Positions 47,832 to 58,042 of a DNA stretch of 64,000 nucleotides are shown one piece after another. A program made the position numbers and the translations under genes. Positions within the stretch are counted from its first letter, which is position 1. Each line of letters starts with the position of its first letter. The stretch is from Lachnospirales bacterium (GTDB lineage Bacteria > Bacillota > Clostridia > Lachnospirales > CAMZNU01), in the NCBI GenBank assembly GCA_047973385.1, contig JBKEBX010000021.1, positions 3,158-67,157 on the forward strand, written 5' to 3'. The notes beneath the pieces are model-generated. The model saw only the letters and a list, made by a program, of their open reading frames with translations. It was not told the DNA's origin and searched no databases.

Positions 47832-48881
47832 TTAATTTAATACATAAACCTTAACAGAACGTCTACCAAACTGTAAAGCTTCTGAAAGACTATGATAGAA
47901 TAAGTCAATCTTGTTACCTTTTATAGCTCCACCTGTATCTTGAGCGATTGCAAGACCGTATCCCTCAACATAAAGCTTAGTTCCAAGAGGAATAACGTTA
48001 GGGTCAACAGCAACTGTACCATCTTGAGCAACAGCACCTGAAGCAGTTATACCATAGCTTGGGTGTCCTGGTGATTTACCAGTACTTTCAGGACCTGCAG
48101 TATAAGCCGTAGCATTCATAGTAATTACATTATTGTAAGTTAAGTTGTTAACGTCAATATTATACCCCGATAAAGCTGGTGGTATTGTAATTCCATTATT
48201 CTCAATTTGGTTAGCTTTAAGCGTACCAATTTTTACAACTTTGTTAACTGGTTCAACTAAAACTTCAACATCTAAGTCATTACGCTCAATTTCTTCACCA
48301 GCATAATAGATAACTTCAATATTTCTAACGCCTTCTCCATCAACACCTTCTTGTGCAACTTCTTCAACGCCTTCTTTTATTGTTGGATCTTCAACATACT
48401 CTGTTTCAAAAGGAACTGCAACAACTTCCTCAAGAATTTCTTTATCTAAAGATTTAACATTAAGTATGTAGTTGTTTGTAACAACAGTTTCTTCTTCAAC
48501 AAGCTCAGCAACATATGCGTGTTCATCATCTTGTATATCTTCTAATACATCGCCAATAGTAGTTCCGTGATCATAGTATCTTATAAAGCTTTCACCACTA
48601 TCAACAACAATTTCAACTGGTACTTTTGCAGTAAGTTCAATTTCATTTCTTTCTTCTAAAGTTTCATTCAAGTCTGTTTCTGTTTCAATCGTGTTTATTG
48701 CGTATCCTTCTTCTCTAAAGAAATCTAAATACGTATTCGCCGTAGTTGTATATATGTTGTTTTCACCATTTTCTAAAACATATATAGTTTTTTCTTGTAG
48801 CTCATCATTTGCAGTGGCAGTAATTACACTTGCGATTACTAAGAAACAAATCGCTATAACTACTTTAAACCTCTCAGCCAT
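47832..48881 (-). CDS. G5 + 3D domain cell-wall protein (YabE/Sps-like lytic transglycosylase)
   Basis: Signal peptide; G5 (VPFETEYVEDP..QEGVDG); 3D motifs ATAYT, VAVDP.VIPLG, A.DTGGAIKGNKIDL. Confidence 0.9.
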   Translation of the reverse strand: MAERFKVVIAICFLVIASVITATANDELQEKTIYVLENGENNIYTTTANTYLDFFREEGYAINTIETETDLNETLEERNEIELTAKVPVEIVVDSGESFIRYYDHGTTIGDVLEDIQDDEHAYVAELVEEETVVTNNYILNVKSLDKEILEEVVAVPFETEYVEDPTIKEGVEEVAQEGVDGEGVRNIEVIYYAGEEIERNDLDVEVLVEPVNKVVKIGTLKANQIENNGITIPPALSGYNIDVNNLTYNNVITMNATAYTAGPESTGKSPGHPSYGITASGAVAQDGTVAVDPNVIPLGTKLYVEGYGLAIAQDTGGAIKGNKIDLFYHSLSEALQFGRRSVKVYVLN

Positions 48882-48947
48882 AATAATTCTCCTTTAATTT
48901 AAATATAATTTATTAATATTCTATATAAATATAAATATCTTTTTTTA

Positions 48948-49018
48948 ATTATATGTAATCATTTAAAATAAATTTACAATTTTTAAAAATAAATTAAAAA
49001 TGTTACATAAATGTTACG
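48948..49018 (-). promoter_or_regulatory. WalR-like direct-repeat boxes plus -10 upstream of the 3D-domain gene
   Basis: CGTAAC-N5-TGTAAC (49002-49018) and TGTAAA-N5-TTTAAA (48962-48978), each one mismatch from TGTWAH-N5-TGTWAH; TATAAT at 48948-48953. Confidence 0.45.
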
Positions 49019-49558
49019 TCGTCGTTACTAGATATATAATATCACTATTTTAGAAATATAGCAAGTCTTTATAAAAAAAAAGATAGACCTATTTTCTATC
49101 TTTTTCTACATATTTTTACTTTAATTTTAATTTTCTTTGTATACTTCTTATAATTTCACACTAATAGTTTTTTATTTTTTTTATTTTTTTTGTGCTTTAA
49201 TATAAATTTGCTAGAAAAATCCATTTAAAATAAAATTAACATTTAAAAAATATCCATTCAAAGCCCACTGTTATAGGGTACTTTCATCTTAGCAATCAAT
49301 AATCTATAAAACAAGTATATTTTTTGTATTTTTTCCAAATTTTATTTTAATTGGTATCTTTTTACATAATTATGGATAAACCCCTAAGATTTATTCCATT
49401 TTATGGTAAAACACCACTTTTACCCCTCTAAAAGCTTCCGAAACATACCTTTGATTTGTATAATTTTTAACATACTACAAGAAATACTTATAATTTACAC
49501 AAAAAATACAAAAACTTTTATGACAATTTTAATAAAAATATTAAAATCAGCCTTTTTT

Positions 49559-49807
49559 TTATGAGTTTTTTTGCTCTTTTAAAGACTTTACTAACTGGTC
49601 TGTACAAGAAGTATCACGAGGTCCACAAGTAATTCCTTCACATTTTGTTATAACTTCATCAACAGTTAAGCCCTCAAGTAGATTTGCAATAGCTTTAAGG
49701 TTTCCATTACACCCACCAGTAAACTCAACATTATAAACTTTACCATCTTCTAAATCGTATTTAATTGTTTTTGCACAGACACTATTTGTTTCATATATAT
49801 AGCTCAT
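49559..49807 (-). CDS. Stand-alone TSCPD-domain protein (TIGR03905-like)
   Basis: VCAKTI, FTGGCNGNL, GITCG.R.TSCTDQL. Confidence 0.85.
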   Translation of the reverse strand: MSYIYETNSVCAKTIKYDLEDGKVYNVEFTGGCNGNLKAIANLLEGLTVDEVITKCEGITCGPRDTSCTDQLVKSLKEQKNS

Positions 49808-49912
49808 TATTCGCCTCCATAAAATTTTTATTTATAATACATACTATAAATAATATACCTTTTTAGAAGAAAAGTCAAATAGTTTCTTCTATATTAATAC
49901 ATATTTTATATG

Positions 49913-49942
49913 TTGACTTATTACTACAATATATACTATAAT
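49913..49942 (+). promoter_or_regulatory. Sigma-A promoter of proC
   Basis: TTGACT-N18-TATAAT. Confidence 0.6.
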
Positions 49943-49965
49943 TAAAATAAAAAAAAGGAGTATGT

Positions 49966-50751
49966 ATGAAGGATTTTGAAATAGGTTTTATAGGTTATGG
50001 AAATATGGCAAATGCAATAGTAGAGGGACTTGTTAATCACGGTGGATATGACCCTACTAAAATATGTGCTTGTGCTAAGAATTTTGAAAAACTAAAAAAG
50101 AATACTAACAAATGTAATATTTCACCTTTTGAGTCCCCAAAAGATGTAATTACAAAAAGTAAAATAATTATTCTTGCAATTAAACCATATCAAATAGAGG
50201 AGTTCGCAAAGGAATACGGAGAGCTTTTTCTTAACAAGCTCGTGGTTTCTGTTATTCTTGGCATTGATTTAGAAAAAGGCAAAGCACTTTTCCCTAAATC
50301 AAAGTTTTTACCAACTATGCCAAATACTCCAATATCTGTTGGCGAAGGCATAATATTATGTAACAAGAAACATAGTTTTGAAGATGATGATATGACATAT
50401 TTCAAAAATATTTTTTCCGACATTGCTTTCATTGAAATGGTTGATAACTCTACTTTTGACGCAACTGGTACACTTATCGGCTGTACTCCTGCTTTTACGG
50501 CTATGTATATTGAAGCTTTAAGCGATGCCGGTGTTAAATACGGAATTACAAGAGATACTACATATAAACTTATATCAAAAATGTTACAAGGCACAGGTAA
50601 AATGGCTTTTGAGGGCAACAAGCATCCAGGACAACTTAAAGACGCAGTTTGCTCTCCTGGTGGAAATACAATAAAAGGCGTTACAAAACTTGAAGATAAA
50701 GGTTTTCGAGGTGCTGTTATAAGTGCAATTGATGCTATTGAGGGAAAGTAA
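49966..50751 (+). CDS. proC: Pyrroline-5-carboxylate reductase
   Basis: GFIGYGNMA, ILAIKP, MPNTP, EALSDAGV, VCSPGG.TI.G. Confidence 0.96.
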   Translation: MKDFEIGFIGYGNMANAIVEGLVNHGGYDPTKICACAKNFEKLKKNTNKCNISPFESPKDVITKSKIIILAIKPYQIEEFAKEYGELFLNKLVVSVILGIDLEKGKALFPKSKFLPTMPNTPISVGEGIILCNKKHSFEDDDMTYFKNIFSDIAFIEMVDNSTFDATGTLIGCTPAFTAMYIEALSDAGVKYGITRDTTYKLISKMLQGTGKMAFEGNKHPGQLKDAVCSPGGNTIKGVTKLEDKGFRGAVISAIDAIEGK

Positions 50752-50753
50752 TT

Positions 50754-50926
50754 GGCGACGTTGCAAAATTATAAGAATGGCACATTGCAAAAAAAAAATC
50801 AAATTTTCATACTTTTGTCAAACGCCTGAAATGGCAATAAAATGCCATTTCCACAATTTTTGTCAAAAGTCGCAAAACCATTGTTTCGCTACGAAAATGG
50901 TTTTTTCTATATTTTGCAATGACGCC
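50754..50926 (-). mobile_element. MITE copy D (full length, 173 bp, opposite orientation)
   Basis: GGCGACGTTGCAAAAT ... ATTTTGCAATGACGCC inverted ends (14/16 match); AATT on both flanks. Confidence 0.88.
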
Positions 50927-50943
50927 AATTTAATACACCAAAA

Positions 50944-50976
50944 AAAGGGTAGTCACAAAAATCAGGACTACCCTTT
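50944..50976. terminator. Bidirectional terminator between proC and lysS
   Basis: AAAGGGTAGTC...GACTACCCTTT. Confidence 0.8.
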
Positions 50977-51003
50977 AACTTTTATTTATACTATCTACAA
51001 ATT

Positions 51004-52497
51004 CTAACTTTCAACCGGTTTCATTGTAGGAAACAACAATACATCTCTGATCGAACTACTTTCAGTTAAAAGCATTACAAGTCTATCAATGCCAATTCCA
51101 AGACCACCTGTTGGTGGCATACCATACTCAAGAGCAAGTAAAAAATCTTCATCAATTTCATTTGCTTCTTCGTCACCAGCTTCACGAAGTTCCTCTTGAG
51201 CTAAAAATCTCTCTTTTTGGTCAAATGGATCGTTTAGCTCTGAATAGGCATTTGCAAACTCACGGCAACCAATAAACAGTTCAAAACGTTCTGTATATTC
51301 TGAGTTTTGTGGATCTTTCTTCGTTAGTGGAGAAATCTCTACTGGATATTCTGTAATAAATGTCGGTTGTACAAGGTGTTCTTCAGCAAAATCCTCAAAG
51401 AAAAGACTTAGTATATCACCTTTTTTATGATACTTTTCATAGTGTACACCTTTTTCGTCAGCAATTTTTTTAGCTTCTTGAGTGTCTTTAATTTCTTTAA
51501 AGTCAATTCCTGAATATTTTTTAACAGCCTCGCACATTGTCATTCTATTAAAAGGCTTGGATAAATCAATTTCATGTTCAAAAAACTGTAAAGTTTTATC
51601 TCCATTTACTTTTTGATGTAACTCTTTAAACAGACTTTCTGTAAGTTCCATCATGCCCTCATAATCTGTATAGGCTTGATAAAGCTCAAGTAAAGTAAAC
51701 TCTGGATTATGTCTAGTTGATAAGCCTTCATTTCTAAAAACTTTACCCATTTCAAATACTCTTTCGAAACCACCAACAATTAAACGTTTAAGAGGAAGTT
51801 CTAAAGATATTCTAAGACTAACGTCCATGTTTAAAGCATTATGATGAGTATCGAAAGGCTTAGCAGCTGCTCCACCTGGAATTTGTTGTAGAACTGGTGT
51901 TTCAACTTCCATAAATTCGCGGTTGCCTAAAAAATTTCTTACACCTGCTAAAATTTTTGTACGTTTAACAAACACATCTCTGCTTTCTGTGTTTGTAATT
52001 AAATCTATATATCTTTGTCTATATTTTGTTTCAACATCTTTTAAGCCATGGAATTTTTCAGGTAAAACATGGAAACTTTTAGATAAAAGTACAACTTCTT
52101 TTGCTCTAACAGAAATTTCGCCTTTTTTAGTTCTAAAAACTTCACCTTTAATACCAACTATATCACCGATATCATACTTTTTGATTTCATCATATAAAGT
52201 TTCATCTAAGATTTTACTTGTAACGTAGCTTTGTATACGTCCATATCTATCTTGTAAATCTAAAAATGAAGCTTTACCCATAATACGTTTAGTCATTATA
52301 CGACCTGCTAAGCTTACAACTGTATCCTCATACTTTTCAAAATCATCATGTATATCTGTTGAAGCCGTATCAACATCAAATTTTGTTTCACAAAAAGGGT
52401 CTTTACCCTTTTCTTGTAGTTCTTTAAATTTATCAATTCTAATCAAATTTTGTTCATTTAAGTCTATATCTTGTGTGTTTTCCATTACTTCCTCCAA
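51004..52497 (-). CDS. lysS: Lysine-tRNA ligase (class II)
   Basis: OB-fold (AGRIMTKR.MGKASF), KYRQRYIDL, FRNEG...RHNPEFT, YGMPPTGGLGIGIDR. Confidence 0.99.
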   Translation of the reverse strand: MEEVMENTQDIDLNEQNLIRIDKFKELQEKGKDPFCETKFDVDTASTDIHDDFEKYEDTVVSLAGRIMTKRIMGKASFLDLQDRYGRIQSYVTSKILDETLYDEIKKYDIGDIVGIKGEVFRTKKGEISVRAKEVVLLSKSFHVLPEKFHGLKDVETKYRQRYIDLITNTESRDVFVKRTKILAGVRNFLGNREFMEVETPVLQQIPGGAAAKPFDTHHNALNMDVSLRISLELPLKRLIVGGFERVFEMGKVFRNEGLSTRHNPEFTLLELYQAYTDYEGMMELTESLFKELHQKVNGDKTLQFFEHEIDLSKPFNRMTMCEAVKKYSGIDFKEIKDTQEAKKIADEKGVHYEKYHKKGDILSLFFEDFAEEHLVQPTFITEYPVEISPLTKKDPQNSEYTERFELFIGCREFANAYSELNDPFDQKERFLAQEELREAGDEEANEIDEDFLLALEYGMPPTGGLGIGIDRLVMLLTESSSIRDVLLFPTMKPVES

Positions 52498-52498
52498 C

Positions 52499-52975
52499 TT
52501 AATTAATAAGTTCTACAACTTTTATGTTTATATTTCCAGTAGTAGTTTTTGCAACAACAACATCTCCAACTTTTGCTCCTATAAGTGCTGCACCTACTGG
52601 GCTTTCATTAGAAATTAAGTCTTTTAGCGGATTCGCCTCTGCACTACCTACGATTTTAAAAATAGATTCTTCTTCATACTTTTCATCAAATATTTTAACT
52701 GTACTACCAAGAGAAACTTTGCTTTTATCTAAAGCATCATCAGATATAACTTCAGCATTTCTAAGCATTCCCTCAACTTCTGCTATACGAGATTCAATTT
52801 CAGCTTGTTCTTCCTTAGCAGAATCATATTCAGCGTTTTCCGAAAGGTCACCTTGAGCTCTAGCTTCTTTAATTTTTTGAGCTATTTCCTTACGCTTATT
52901 AATTTTCAAGTCATGTAATTCTTCTTCAAGCTTTCGTAAGCCCTCTTTAGTTAAAACAACTTTTTTCATTTCCAT
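52499..52975 (-). CDS. greA: Transcription elongation factor GreA
   Basis: GDLSENAEY, ISNESPVGAAL. Confidence 0.98.
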   Translation of the reverse strand: MEMKKVVLTKEGLRKLEEELHDLKINKRKEIAQKIKEARAQGDLSENAEYDSAKEEQAEIESRIAEVEGMLRNAEVISDDALDKSKVSLGSTVKIFDEKYEEESIFKIVGSAEANPLKDLISNESPVGAALIGAKVGDVVVAKTTTGNINIKVVELIN

Positions 52976-53013
52976 TTAAGCACCTCACACTTTCTTTGTC
53001 CTATCAATATTTT

Positions 53014-53042
53014 ATTGTATAACAAATTTTATCATTAGTCAA
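53014..53042 (-). promoter_or_regulatory. Sigma-A promoter of greA-lysS
   Basis: TTGACT-N17-TACAAT. Confidence 0.6.
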
Positions 53043-53065
53043 CCTTATTGGCAAATATCATAAAG

Positions 53066-53956
53066 CTAATTATGTAATAAACTTCTCTTAAAATTCACTT
53101 TATCAACTTCACTTAAACCAAAAGTTTTATCACAAACAAAAAGCATTTGACTTAAATCTTCTAGTGTATATTTATTTTCTATTGTTTTTACAAATAGATT
53201 TTGTACTACTTTAACATCATTTCGAACAGATAATATACTTTTACAAATTTTATCATTTACTATACTTACAAAAACACTATTTTCTTGTAGCTTATGTTTT
53301 ATATTTAAATCTAAATAGCTTAAATCTAAAATAAAATTATAGTATTTAACTGAATTTAGCAGTACTTTTTCATCATTAATTAATGAAATAAATAAACCTG
53401 TTTCCTCATATATATAGTCAACAAATTCAGATACATTTTCAGACAATAAATTTCCATATACACAAACTTCATCGCTTTCACTTGCTGCCTTTAAAATTGC
53501 AACTTTGTTGTAGTAATCTCTTTCACATAAAACAACAAGTATTTTACGTTCATGTTCCTTTATATATTTTATACTATTATCAAAGATTTCTTCAACAAAA
53601 CTATATTTAACTATGGGTAAATACTCACTTTCTTCATACTCATCAAAAAAAGCAAAAACTTCAATATCCATATTTACAATTGCACTTTTCACTTCATATA
53701 AAATATCTAAATACCTATCTTTATTTTTTTCTATATCTAGCTTTATAATTGGCAAAAAAACTTCAATACCCTTTACATCATTTATAAACATATCTTTTAT
53801 TAAGAAGGGCATATTTTTATCAATATATTTATATAGTTTTTTTTCATTACTTAATATTAGATTTTTCAAAAAATCCGGCTTAATATCTAAATCTTCATAT
53901 TTACTAACAGGGCTAAACTTACAAAAATAATACTTGTCCTTTAAAAACCTATTCAT
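53066..53956 (-). CDS. Hypothetical protein
   Basis: 296 aa ORF with RBS GGGAGG between dusB and greA; no motif recognised with confidence. Confidence 0.7.
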   Translation of the reverse strand: MNRFLKDKYYFCKFSPVSKYEDLDIKPDFLKNLILSNEKKLYKYIDKNMPFLIKDMFINDVKGIEVFLPIIKLDIEKNKDRYLDILYEVKSAIVNMDIEVFAFFDEYEESEYLPIVKYSFVEEIFDNSIKYIKEHERKILVVLCERDYYNKVAILKAASESDEVCVYGNLLSENVSEFVDYIYEETGLFISLINDEKVLLNSVKYYNFILDLSYLDLNIKHKLQENSVFVSIVNDKICKSILSVRNDVKVVQNLFVKTIENKYTLEDLSQMLFVCDKTFGLSEVDKVNFKRSLLHN

Positions 53957-54014
53957 TACAACCTCCCAAGCGAATACTTTTTACCATTATATTCTGTACA
54001 GAAGGATTTATAAC

Positions 54015-55007
54015 TTAAAGTTCTCTTTCAAACTCATCTATTAACATAAATATTTCTTCTTTAGTTTTTGCCATATTAACTTTAGCTCTAAACTCTTGGC
54101 TATTTCTATAACCTTTGGAATACCATGCTAAATGTTTACGCATCTCCTTTACGGCAATACGCTCAGGACGATATTCGCATAACATATCTGTATGGCGTTT
54201 CGCAATCTTGCACACTTCTGTACGACTACGTTTTTCAAGAGTTACACCATCTTTTAAATATGAAATTATGTCTTGAAAAATAAATGGATTACCTTGTGAG
54301 CCTCGCCCTATCATTATACCGTCAGCTCCTGTATACTCCAAAGCTTTTTTTGCTGAAATTCCATCAACTATATCACCATTTGCAATGACTGGTATAGAGA
54401 GATTTTCTTTTACTTCCTTTATAATATCCCAATCAGCAACACCTGAATAATATTCTTCCCTAGTTCTTCCATGAATAGCCAAAAGGTCTGCTCCGTTTTT
54501 CTCAGCAATTTTTGCAATCTCCACAGCATTTATATTATCATAGTTGAACCCTTTTCTAATTTTTACAGAAACAGGCTTTTCAGTATTTTCACGCATAGCA
54601 TATATGATATTACCAAAGTTTTCTCCGTCTTTCATCAACGCACTTCCCTCATTGTTTTTTACAACTTTAGGTGCAGGGCAACCACTGTTTAAGTCAATCA
54701 TACTAAAAGGTAAATGGTCAACTTTTCTTACAATCTCTCCAATTATCTTCGGGTCAGAACCAAAAATCTGTAAAACAACAGGCATTTCCTTTTCATTTAT
54801 CTTTAGCATGTCATTGGTATTTTTATTATTATATAAAATACCTTTAGCACTTATAAGCTCTGTGTAAACTAGTCCTACACCCATTTCCTTGCAGATAATT
54901 CTAAAAGGCATATCTGTTATACCCGCCATAGGAGCAAGGATAATATTATTTTCAAGTTCTAAATCTCTTATTTTAAGAGGTTTGTAAATTTCGTTATACT
55001 TTTGCAT
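54015..55007 (-). CDS. dusB: tRNA-dihydrouridine synthase B
   Basis: LAPMAGITD, DLNSGCPA.KV, SVKIR, HGRTR, NGDI, MIGRG. Confidence 0.95.
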   Translation of the reverse strand: MQKYNEIYKPLKIRDLELENNIILAPMAGITDMPFRIICKEMGVGLVYTELISAKGILYNNKNTNDMLKINEKEMPVVLQIFGSDPKIIGEIVRKVDHLPFSMIDLNSGCPAPKVVKNNEGSALMKDGENFGNIIYAMRENTEKPVSVKIRKGFNYDNINAVEIAKIAEKNGADLLAIHGRTREEYYSGVADWDIIKEVKENLSIPVIANGDIVDGISAKKALEYTGADGIMIGRGSQGNPFIFQDIISYLKDGVTLEKRSRTEVCKIAKRHTDMLCEYRPERIAVKEMRKHLAWYSKGYRNSQEFRAKVNMAKTKEEIFMLIDEFEREL

Positions 55008-55600
55008 TATATTTCTCTACGTCCTTCTAAAGCTCTTGATAAAGTTATCTCGTCAACAAATTCTAAATCCCCACCAACAGGAACACCATGGGCAATTCTT
55101 GTACTTTTGATACCCATAGGTTTTATAAGTTTAGCTATATACATCGATGTTGCCTCTCCCTCCACATTGGGATTAAGTGCCAGAATAACTTCTTCCACAT
55201 CAATTAGCCTACTCATAAGTTCTTTTATTTTTATATCATTTGGTGTTACACCATTCATTGGAGATAAAACCCCATGAAGTACATGATATACACCTTTAAA
55301 CTCATTAGTTCTTTCATATGCTGCCATGTCTCTTGGGTCTTCAACAACCATAATAACTTTTTTGTTTCGCTTTGAGCTTTTACAAATTTCACATAATTCA
55401 TCGTCAGATAAGTTGCAACACTCATTACAATATTTTATATTTTTCTTAGCGTCAACCATAGCTCTAGCTATACACTCAACTTTTTCTTCAGGCAAATTTA
55501 TAATATGAAAGGCAAGTCTTTGAGCAGACTTGCCTCCTATGCCTGGTAATTTGCTTAGTTCTTCTATAAGTCTATTAAGCTTATCACCATAAACTCTCAT
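55007..55600 (-). CDS. recR: Recombination mediator RecR
   Basis: [14 protein letters not shown]4 zinc finger, YHVLHG.LSP, EGEAT Toprim. Confidence 0.98.
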   Translation of the reverse strand: MRVYGDKLNRLIEELSKLPGIGGKSAQRLAFHIINLPEEKVECIARAMVDAKKNIKYCNECCNLSDDELCEICKSSKRNKKVIMVVEDPRDMAAYERTNEFKGVYHVLHGVLSPMNGVTPNDIKIKELMSRLIDVEEVILALNPNVEGEATSMYIAKLIKPMGIKSTRIAHGVPVGGDLEFVDEITLSRALEGRREI

Positions 55601-55954
55601 TTAGAATAATCCTCCAAGTCCACTTCCTGTTCCACCAGTAATTTTACCGATTTCGTTATTAGCAACTTCTTCAACTTGTCTAATAGCCTCATTTACAGCA
55701 GTCATAACGAGGTCTTGTAGCATTTCAATATCATCAGGGTCAACAACATCTGGGCTTATAGAAATTTCTTTAATTTCTTTTTTACCAGTAATTACAACTT
55801 TAACTGCACCACCACCAGAAGTAACTTCAAGCTCCTTGTTTCCAAGACTTTCTTGAGCTTCTTCCATTTGCTTTTGCATTTTTTGAGCTTGTTTCATTAA
55901 GTTGTTCATGTTCATTCCACCAGGCATTCCGCCACCTCTATATCCTTTAGCCAT
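55601..55954 (-). CDS. ybaB: YbaB/EbfC nucleoid-associated protein
   Basis: MKQAQKMQ, SGGGAV.V, DDIEMLQDL; dnaX-ybaB-recR synteny. Confidence 0.95.
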   Translation of the reverse strand: MAKGYRGGGMPGGMNMNNLMKQAQKMQKQMEEAQESLGNKELEVTSGGGAVKVVITGKKEIKEISISPDVVDPDDIEMLQDLVMTAVNEAIRQVEEVANNEIGKITGGTGSGLGGLF

Positions 55955-55985
55955 TACATTATCCTCCTTATGTTAAAATTATATT

Positions 55986-57602
55986 TTACTTTTCATCTAT
56001 TTGAAAAGCTATGTCATTTTTAAAATCTACTTCTTTTTTTTGCACTTTCGCTTCTGAAATTTCCTCACCACATCTAAGATGTACAATATCAAAGTCTATT
56101 ACGTTACCATAAACACTTTCAATTACCTTAACAACATTATCCTTTGAAGCTTCCAACTTTTTAGCAGACACTTCATTTGGTGCAACAATAGTTATTTTGC
56201 CATTTTTAACAATGAAAGTAGAGTTTTTCATAGCAGCTTCATCAAACTTCTTTAAGCTACTAGAAATTTTATTTTTATTCTCACTTAAAAATTTAAGTAT
56301 ATCTCTTTGTTCATCATCTATATTTTCATCATTTATATAAAGTGGCTCTACTTGAGCAACTTCCTTTTTTACAACATTATGATGCTGTCCACTTTTTACA
56401 TCATATATTTTATCTTCATTACCTAAAGGTCTATACCCATTTTTTAAAAAATTTTTTTGTTGTTCTTCAATGGCTATAACTCGGCTAACAAGTGCCTCGT
56501 TACCATCACACAAAGCAGGATTGCACAACTTTATAAACAATAATTCAAACAAAACTTTTTTATTATCACTATATTTCGCCTCTGATATAAACTTTGAAAA
56601 CTCTTCAATATATAACATTATTTGTTCCTTTTCAAAAGTTTCGCTTATAAGTATATATGCATCTTTTACACTTAGTGAGCCAACAAATAGGCTTGGTGCA
56701 ACTTTTGTCATAAGTAAATTTTTCAAAACATCCAAAAGCTCATTTGCAACTTGCATTACATCTAAACCTTCTGATATAATATCATTTACTTCTTGTAAAA
56801 CTACCTGTACATCAAAACTTAACATCGCCTCTATAATAGTAAGCAACTTAATTCGATCTGTACCACCTAAAACATCAAGTAACTTTTCATAGGTAATTGT
56901 TTCGTCAAAATAATATGCACGACCTTGATCAAGTAAAGATAAAGCATCACGCATAGCACCATCAGAACAACTAGCTATATACTTTATAGCTTCCTCATCT
57001 ATGTCTATGTTTTCAAGTTTAGCATACTTTTCTAAGGTGTTTTTTATATCAATTTCTTTTATTCTTTTAAAGTCAAACCGTTGTACCCTTGACATAATTG
57101 TTATTGGGATTTTTTGAGGGTCTGTTGTCGCCAAGATAAAAATAACTTTTTCTGGTGGTTCTTCTAGGGTTTTAAGCAATGCATTAAAAGCCCCAAGTGA
57201 TAGCATATGCACCTCATCAATAATATAAATTTTATATTTACTATGGCTTGTACTATATTTTATCTCGTCTATTATATCACGTATATTGTCAACACCGTTG
57301 TTACTTGCTGCATCTATCTCTATAACATTTAATGACGTGCCTGTATTTATCTCATTACAACTATTACATTTATTACAAGGTTCAACTTTGCCATTTAAAA
57401 CAGTTCTCTCCTCACAATTTACAGTTTTTGCAAAAAGCTTAGCTGTACTTGTTTTACCTGTACCCCTTGTACCTGTAAATAAGTATGCATGTGTCATATT
57501 ATTATTAATCTGATTTTGCAATGTTCTTACAATCAAATCTTGTCCAACAATTTCATTCCATTTTGACGGTCTAAATTTTCTATATAAAGCTTGATTTCCC
57601 AT
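55986..57602 (-). CDS. dnaX: DNA polymerase III gamma/tau subunit
   Basis: ALYRKFRP, GTRGTGKTS, C4 motif, EIDAASN, DEVHML, SRVQRF. True start ATG 57602 after GAGGTG; the track start at 57776 lies inside ffs. Confidence 0.97.
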   Translation of the reverse strand: MGNQALYRKFRPSKWNEIVGQDLIVRTLQNQINNNMTHAYLFTGTRGTGKTSTAKLFAKTVNCEERTVLNGKVEPCNKCNSCNEINTGTSLNVIEIDAASNNGVDNIRDIIDEIKYSTSHSKYKIYIIDEVHMLSLGAFNALLKTLEEPPEKVIFILATTDPQKIPITIMSRVQRFDFKRIKEIDIKNTLEKYAKLENIDIDEEAIKYIASCSDGAMRDALSLLDQGRAYYFDETITYEKLLDVLGGTDRIKLLTIIEAMLSFDVQVVLQEVNDIISEGLDVMQVANELLDVLKNLLMTKVAPSLFVGSLSVKDAYILISETFEKEQIMLYIEEFSKFISEAKYSDNKKVLFELLFIKLCNPALCDGNEALVSRVIAIEEQQKNFLKNGYRPLGNEDKIYDVKSGQHHNVVKKEVAQVEPLYINDENIDDEQRDILKFLSENKNKISSSLKKFDEAAMKNSTFIVKNGKITIVAPNEVSAKKLEASKDNVVKVIESVYGNVIDFDIVHLRCGEEISEAKVQKKEVDFKNDIAFQIDEK

Positions 57603-57656
57603 AAGCACCTCAAAAAAATAAAAAAAACGTCTTAACGACGTATTCTTTAAAAATAA

Positions 57657-57925
57657 AACCATGCACCCGACGTCGACAGATGACAACCATCGTAAATAAG
57701 TTTCTTTGCTCAAACTAAGCACCCTTACGGCACATAAAGGTGATTGCTTAGTGCTGCTACATTCCTGTCCTGACACGGTTCACAAGCCTTTATTGCGTAA
57801 GACTTAATCATCAACGCAAATACACAAATTCCGTTTTGACCATCACAAGCCTCGGCCGAGCGTCACCTCTGCTATAGTGGACTGCAGATACAAGGAACCA
57901 CTAACTCCCCGGCTAGCATGGAAAC
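57657..57925 (-). ncRNA. ffs: SRP RNA, large Bacillus/Clostridium type with Alu domain
   Basis: 5' CATGCTAGCCGGGGAGTTAGTGG..CTGCAGTCCACT (Alu-like); helix 8 GAACCGTGTCAGGACAGGAATGTAGCAGCAC; 3' GGGTGCATGG; upstream of dnaX. Confidence 0.93.
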
Positions 57926-57950
57926 TTTAAGTAGCGACGCTACTTATTAT

Positions 57951-57979
57951 ATTATATACAATTAATGTTTTTTTGTCAA
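57951..57979 (-). promoter_or_regulatory. Sigma-A promoter of ffs
   Basis: Perfect TTGACA-N17-TATAAT. Confidence 0.85.
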
Positions 57980-58042
57980 TAGTCATAGTACAATAGTATC
58001 ATTAATATTTCAACAAAAATTTTTAATAAAAGCTAGTAAATA

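Noticed and set aside
48882-49558. Very AT-rich 680 bp gap as oriC or an sRNA locus
   Set aside because: Only one imperfect DnaA box (TTATCCATA), no dnaA/dnaN nearby, and no convincing ORF or structure beyond promoter elements.
50584-51007. ORFs 50584-50802(-) and 50723-51007(+); likewise 10277-10525(+)
   Set aside because: They run through MITE sequence or antisense to real genes, with no coding signatures.
57603-57776. N-terminal extension of dnaX in the ORF track
   Set aside because: It falls inside the SRP RNA; the real start is ATG 57602 with an SD.
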